A DNA stretch of 54,394 nt from a virus (Duplodnaviria; Heunggongvirae; Uroviricota; Caudoviricetes). Location: IMG/VR virus record IMGVR_UViG_2541047753_000004, one strand, 5' to 3'. The first letter of the stretch is position 1. Each line of letters opens with the position of its first letter. Under the pieces are notes generated by a model that worked only from the letters and a program-made list of their open reading frames with translations, did no database searches and had not been told where the DNA came from. Both the position numbers and the translations under genes were made by a program. This document shows positions 49,894 through 54,394 of this stretch, piece after piece.

Positions 49894-52227
49894 ATGAAAA
49901 TGAACGTAACCGCCACCGTCAGCCATGCGCTCGGCCACTGGCCGCGTATTCTCCCGGCGCTGGGGATTCAGGTGCTGAAGAACCGTCATCAGCCCTGTCC
50001 GGTCTGTGGCGGGAGTGACCGCTTCCGTTTTGATGACAGGGAGGGGCGTGGCACCTGGTACTGCAATCAGTGTGGTGCCGGTGACGGCCTGAAACTGGTT
50101 GAAAAGGTGTTTGGTGTTTCCCCGTCCGACGCGGCCGCAAAGGTGGCTGCCGTGACCGGCAGCCTGCCACCGGCTGACCCGGCAGTGACGGCCGCCGCCG
50201 TTGCTGAAACAGAAGCCGCCCGGAAGAACGCCGCCGCACTGGCACAAACCCTGATGGCGAAAACCCGTCCCGGAACCGGTAACGCCTACCTGACCCGCAA
50301 GGGCTTTCCCGGCCGGGAATGCCGGATGCTGACCGGCACACACAGAGCCGGTGGCGTGAGCTGGCGCGCCGGTGACCTTGTGGTGCCACTGTATGACGAC
50401 AGCGGCGAACTGGTTAACCTTCAGTTAATCAGTGCTGACGGCCGTAAGCGCACCCTGAAAGGCGGACAGGTCAGGGGCACCTGTCACATCCTTGAAGGAC
50501 AGAATCAGACCGGAAAACGTCTGTGGATAGCGGAGGGATACGCGACCGCACTTACCGTGCATCACCTGACCGGTGAAACGGTGATGGTGGCGCTTTCTTC
50601 CGTGAACCTCCTTTCTCTGGCCAGCCTTGCCCGGCAGAAGCATCCGGCCTGTCAGATTGTCCTTGCCGCAGACCGTGACCTCAGCGGTGACGGCCAGAAA
50701 AAAGCCGCCGCAGCCGCAGATGCGTGTGAAGGTGTTGTTGCCCTGCCGCCGGTCTTCGGTGACTGGAATGATGCCTTCACGCAGTACGGCGGGGAAGCCA
50801 CCCGTAAGGCCATTTACGATGCCATCCGGCCACCGGCTGAAAGCCCGTTCGACACCATGAGCGAAGCGGAGTTTTCCGCCATGAGTACCAGCGAAAAGGC
50901 CATGCGTATCTATGAGCATTACGGCGAGGCGCTCGCGGTCGATGCCAACGGCCAGCTTCTGTCCCGCTATGAAAATGGTGTCTGGAAGGTGCTGCCGCCA
51001 CAGGACTTTGCCCGGGATGTGGCCGGGCTGTTTCAGCGGCTGCGCGCGCCGTTCTCCTCCGGGAAGGTGGCCTCCGTGGTGGACACCCTGAAGCTGATTA
51101 TTCCGCAGCAGGAAGCCCCCTCCCGCCGCCTGATTGGCTTTCGTAACGGCGTGCTCGACACGCAGAACGGCACGTTCCACCCGCACAGTCCGTCACACTG
51201 GATGCGCACCCTGTGCGATGTGGATTTCACCCCACCGGTGGAAGGGGAAACGCTGGAAACCCACGCCCCCGCGTTCTGGCGCTGGCTTGACCGTGCCGCC
51301 GGTGGCCGTGCGGAAAAACGCGACGTGATTCTGGCCGCACTGTTTATGGTGCTGGCAAACCGCTACGACTGGCAGCTCTTTCTGGAGGTGACCGGTCCCG
51401 GCGGCAGCGGCAAAAGTATCATGGCCGAAATAGCCACCCTGCTGGCCGGGGAGGATAACGCCACGTCGGCCACCATTGAGACGCTGGAATCCCCGCGTGA
51501 ACGTGCCGCGTTAACTGGCTTCTCACTGATACGCCTGCCGGACCAGGAAAAATGGAGCGGCGACGGTGCCGGACTCAAGGCCATCACCGGCGGCGATGCG
51601 GTGTCCGTGGACCCGAAATACCGGGATGCGTACTCCACGCATATCCCGGCGGTGATTCTGGCCGTGAACAATAACCCGATGCGCTTCACCGACCGCAGCG
51701 GCGGCGTGTCACGCCGGCGGGTGATTATTCACTTCCCGGAACAGATAGCCCCGCAGGAGCGCGACCCGCAGCTTAAGGACAAAATCACCCGCGAGCTGGC
51801 GGTCATCGTGCGTCACCTGATGCAGAAATTCAGCGACCCGATGCTCGCCCGGTCACTGCTTCAGTCCCAGCAGAACTCAGACGAGGCGCTGAACATCAAA
51901 CGGGATGCCGACCCGACGTTTGATTTTATCGGCTATCTGGAAACCCTGCCGCAGACCAGCGGCATGTATATGGGGAACGCCAGTATCATCCCGCGCAATT
52001 ACCGTAAATACCTCTATCACGCCTATCTGGCCTACATGGAGGCAAACGGCTACCGGAATGTACTCAGTCTGAAAATGTTCGGGCTGGGGCTGCCGGTGAT
52101 GCTGAAGGAATACGGACTGAATTACGAGAAGCGCCATACCAAACAGGGGATACAGACCAACCTGACGCTGAAAGAGGAAAGCTACGGCGACTGGCTGCCA
52201 AAATGTGACGACCCTGCGACAGCCTGA
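49894..52227 (+). CDS. alpha: Alpha primase-helicase
   Basis: 777 aa; N-terminal zinc-binding CPVCGGSDRFRFDD...YCNQCG primase region, central Walker A GPGGSGKS helicase region. Confidence 0.9.
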   Translation: MKMNVTATVSHALGHWPRILPALGIQVLKNRHQPCPVCGGSDRFRFDDREGRGTWYCNQCGAGDGLKLVEKVFGVSPSDAAAKVAAVTGSLPPADPAVTAAAVAETEAARKNAAALAQTLMAKTRPGTGNAYLTRKGFPGRECRMLTGTHRAGGVSWRAGDLVVPLYDDSGELVNLQLISADGRKRTLKGGQVRGTCHILEGQNQTGKRLWIAEGYATALTVHHLTGETVMVALSSVNLLSLASLARQKHPACQIVLAADRDLSGDGQKKAAAAADACEGVVALPPVFGDWNDAFTQYGGEATRKAIYDAIRPPAESPFDTMSEAEFSAMSTSEKAMRIYEHYGEALAVDANGQLLSRYENGVWKVLPPQDFARDVAGLFQRLRAPFSSGKVASVVDTLKLIIPQQEAPSRRLIGFRNGVLDTQNGTFHPHSPSHWMRTLCDVDFTPPVEGETLETHAPAFWRWLDRAAGGRAEKRDVILAALFMVLANRYDWQLFLEVTGPGGSGKSIMAEIATLLAGEDNATSATIETLESPRERAALTGFSLIRLPDQEKWSGDGAGLKAITGGDAVSVDPKYRDAYSTHIPAVILAVNNNPMRFTDRSGGVSRRRVIIHFPEQIAPQERDPQLKDKITRELAVIVRHLMQKFSDPMLARSLLQSQQNSDEALNIKRDADPTFDFIGYLETLPQTSGMYMGNASIIPRNYRKYLYHAYLAYMEANGYRNVLSLKMFGLGLPVMLKEYGLNYEKRHTKQGIQTNLTLKEESYGDWLPKCDDPATA

Positions 52228-52278
52228 CCCACCTGACCGGCATCTGCCGGTCTTTTTTTATCCCTGAATTCCCCGAAG

Positions 52279-52551
52279 GTGAACAATCCACTGTTCACCC
52301 TTCACCGTATATTCACCTGTTATCACACTGAAATTAAAAGAGAAAAACGAAAGGTGAACAGTGTGAACAATCAAATCAAAAAAAACTTTTTTTCTCCCTG
52401 TGTGATTTCAGTACGGGGGATTAATCACCGGTATGAGTCACACCGGCAGAATGCCGGAGGTGAAGAATCGAATGTTCACCCTTCACCCATTATTCACCAC
52501 CTATCATACTGAAATAAAAGGAGAAAAAAGAAAGGTGAACAGTGTGAACAG
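52279..52551. repeat. crr (cis replication region): two ~120-bp direct repeats rich in TGTTCACC octamers
   Basis: Duplicated block ...TGTTCACCCTTCACC...ATTCACC...GAAAGGTGAACAGTGTGAACA separated by ~60 bp, downstream of alpha. Confidence 0.75.
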
Positions 52552-52712
52552 TTCTTTCGAAAAAAAATTTTTTTTCTGTACGATATAGCATCAATCCAAG
52601 TAAAAATGCGCTTTCATTTCACATTAACTTACAGCCATTGGTATACGATTAGGTATACGTACAAAAACTGAATTAAACAAAATCATTAAAAATCAAAACA
52701 ATACAGCATTTA

Positions 52713-52735
52713 TTCAAACTCCGCCAGCCCACCAA
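52713..52735 (+). other. Degenerate ssrA 3'-end repeat (candidate right junction of the satellite)
   Basis: ttcaaactccgccagcccaccaa aligns to ssrA TTCAACTCCCGCCAGCTCCACCA with about 4 differences. Confidence 0.4.
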
Positions 52736-52861
52736 TCATGATTGGACGGTGTAAGGACTACACCAACAAAAACAGGAAGTTATAAGTCTCAGCAGGACAC
52801 CGACCAGACGGTGAGGAGACAAAAAAGGATACGCAACGGAGTCGCGACTCCCTATGACATT

Positions 52862-52890
52862 AAAGCCCGCTGATGCGGGCTTTTTTATTG
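52862..52890 (+). terminator. Intrinsic terminator
   Basis: AAAGCCCGC tgat GCGGGC TTTTTT. Confidence 0.55.
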
Positions 52891-53317
52891 GTCCTGACCC
52901 GCCCTGAATAGAATTCATCCAATTACAGTCCAGACATATACAGTATCCCTCAGCTCAGTATCAGCTTCTCGACAAATGGTCACTGTTATTTACCCGTTGC
53001 CAGAAAGAGAATAATTTGCCCCCATAGCCAGCCTTCCCGGAATCTGTATATTCATTAATATTGTTATCGATTCCATCAAGTAACATAGGTTGGATGCGAT
53101 TGATCTTACTCACATTAGTCGACACGGAACTCAGTAAGTTGAACTCTGGAAAAGCAGTTTAAATAGCATTTAAACAAATGCCACCAGTTCGAAAAAGAGT
53201 ATAAGCACACTTAATATATTGTTTTAATTATTCATTTCCTTTCAACCCAATTCTTATCCCTCACATTATTTGTTATTAATTTGTTGTTTTTGATCACAAT
53301 AAGAAAACAATATGTAA

Positions 53318-54394
<1,077 letters not shown>

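Larger units (their letters stand above)
40910..52735. mobile_element. P4-like phage satellite integrated at ssrA
   Basis: P4-type int, P2/P4 cos 19-mer, psu-delta-sid, orf88/199/eps/151/106, alpha, TGTTCACC octamer ori and crr, degenerate ssrA repeat at 52713-52735. Confidence 0.85.

Noticed and set aside
49852-51230. Minus-strand ORFs of 65-253 aa
   Set aside because: Antisense within the alpha primase-helicase gene; Arg/Gly/Pro-rich low-complexity translations typical of GC-rich shadow frames
47449-52551. TGTTCACC octamer clusters as possible transposon inverted repeats
   Set aside because: Their number, spacing and position flanking alpha match P4 ori and crr; no transposase gene nearby

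Overview
The window is a stack of mobile elements in an Escherichia-like chromosome, integrated at ssrA (tmRNA) and ending in the host gene csiD/glaH (53417-54394). (1) Positions 1 to ~40.9 kb are most of a temperate prophage with a mosaic layout: EcoRII-like R-M pair and a GIY-YIG nuclease gene at the terminus; Pin invertase with a ~1.9-kb invertible tail-fibre segment; Mu-like contractile tail and baseplate genes; HK97-type head genes and terminase; HNH endonuclease; lambda-like lysis cassette; Q antiterminator; a nin-like region; O-like replication gene with internal iterons; cro/cI immunity switch; early genes; xis-int. Between int and the ssrA-derived junction sits an AT-rich three-gene cargo operon (STAS-like/GHKL ATPase fusion, small STAS-like protein, 1-TM protein). 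I cannot match it to a named system and rank it as the best candidate for an undescribed defence or abortive-infection module. (2) Positions ~40.9-52.7 kb are a complete P4-like satellite (int, cos, psu-delta-sid, ori octamers, orf88/orf199/eps/orf151/orf106, alpha primase-helicase, crr) carrying a SIR2 + HerA-ATPase pair in the int-cos hotspot, a described defence family. Other candidates flagged: a late-operon acidic protein in the stx-equivalent slot, an AT-rich membrane protein beside xis, and the GIY-YIG protein. All calls rest on reading the sequence and the ORF track and on recalled family signatures; no database search was run.
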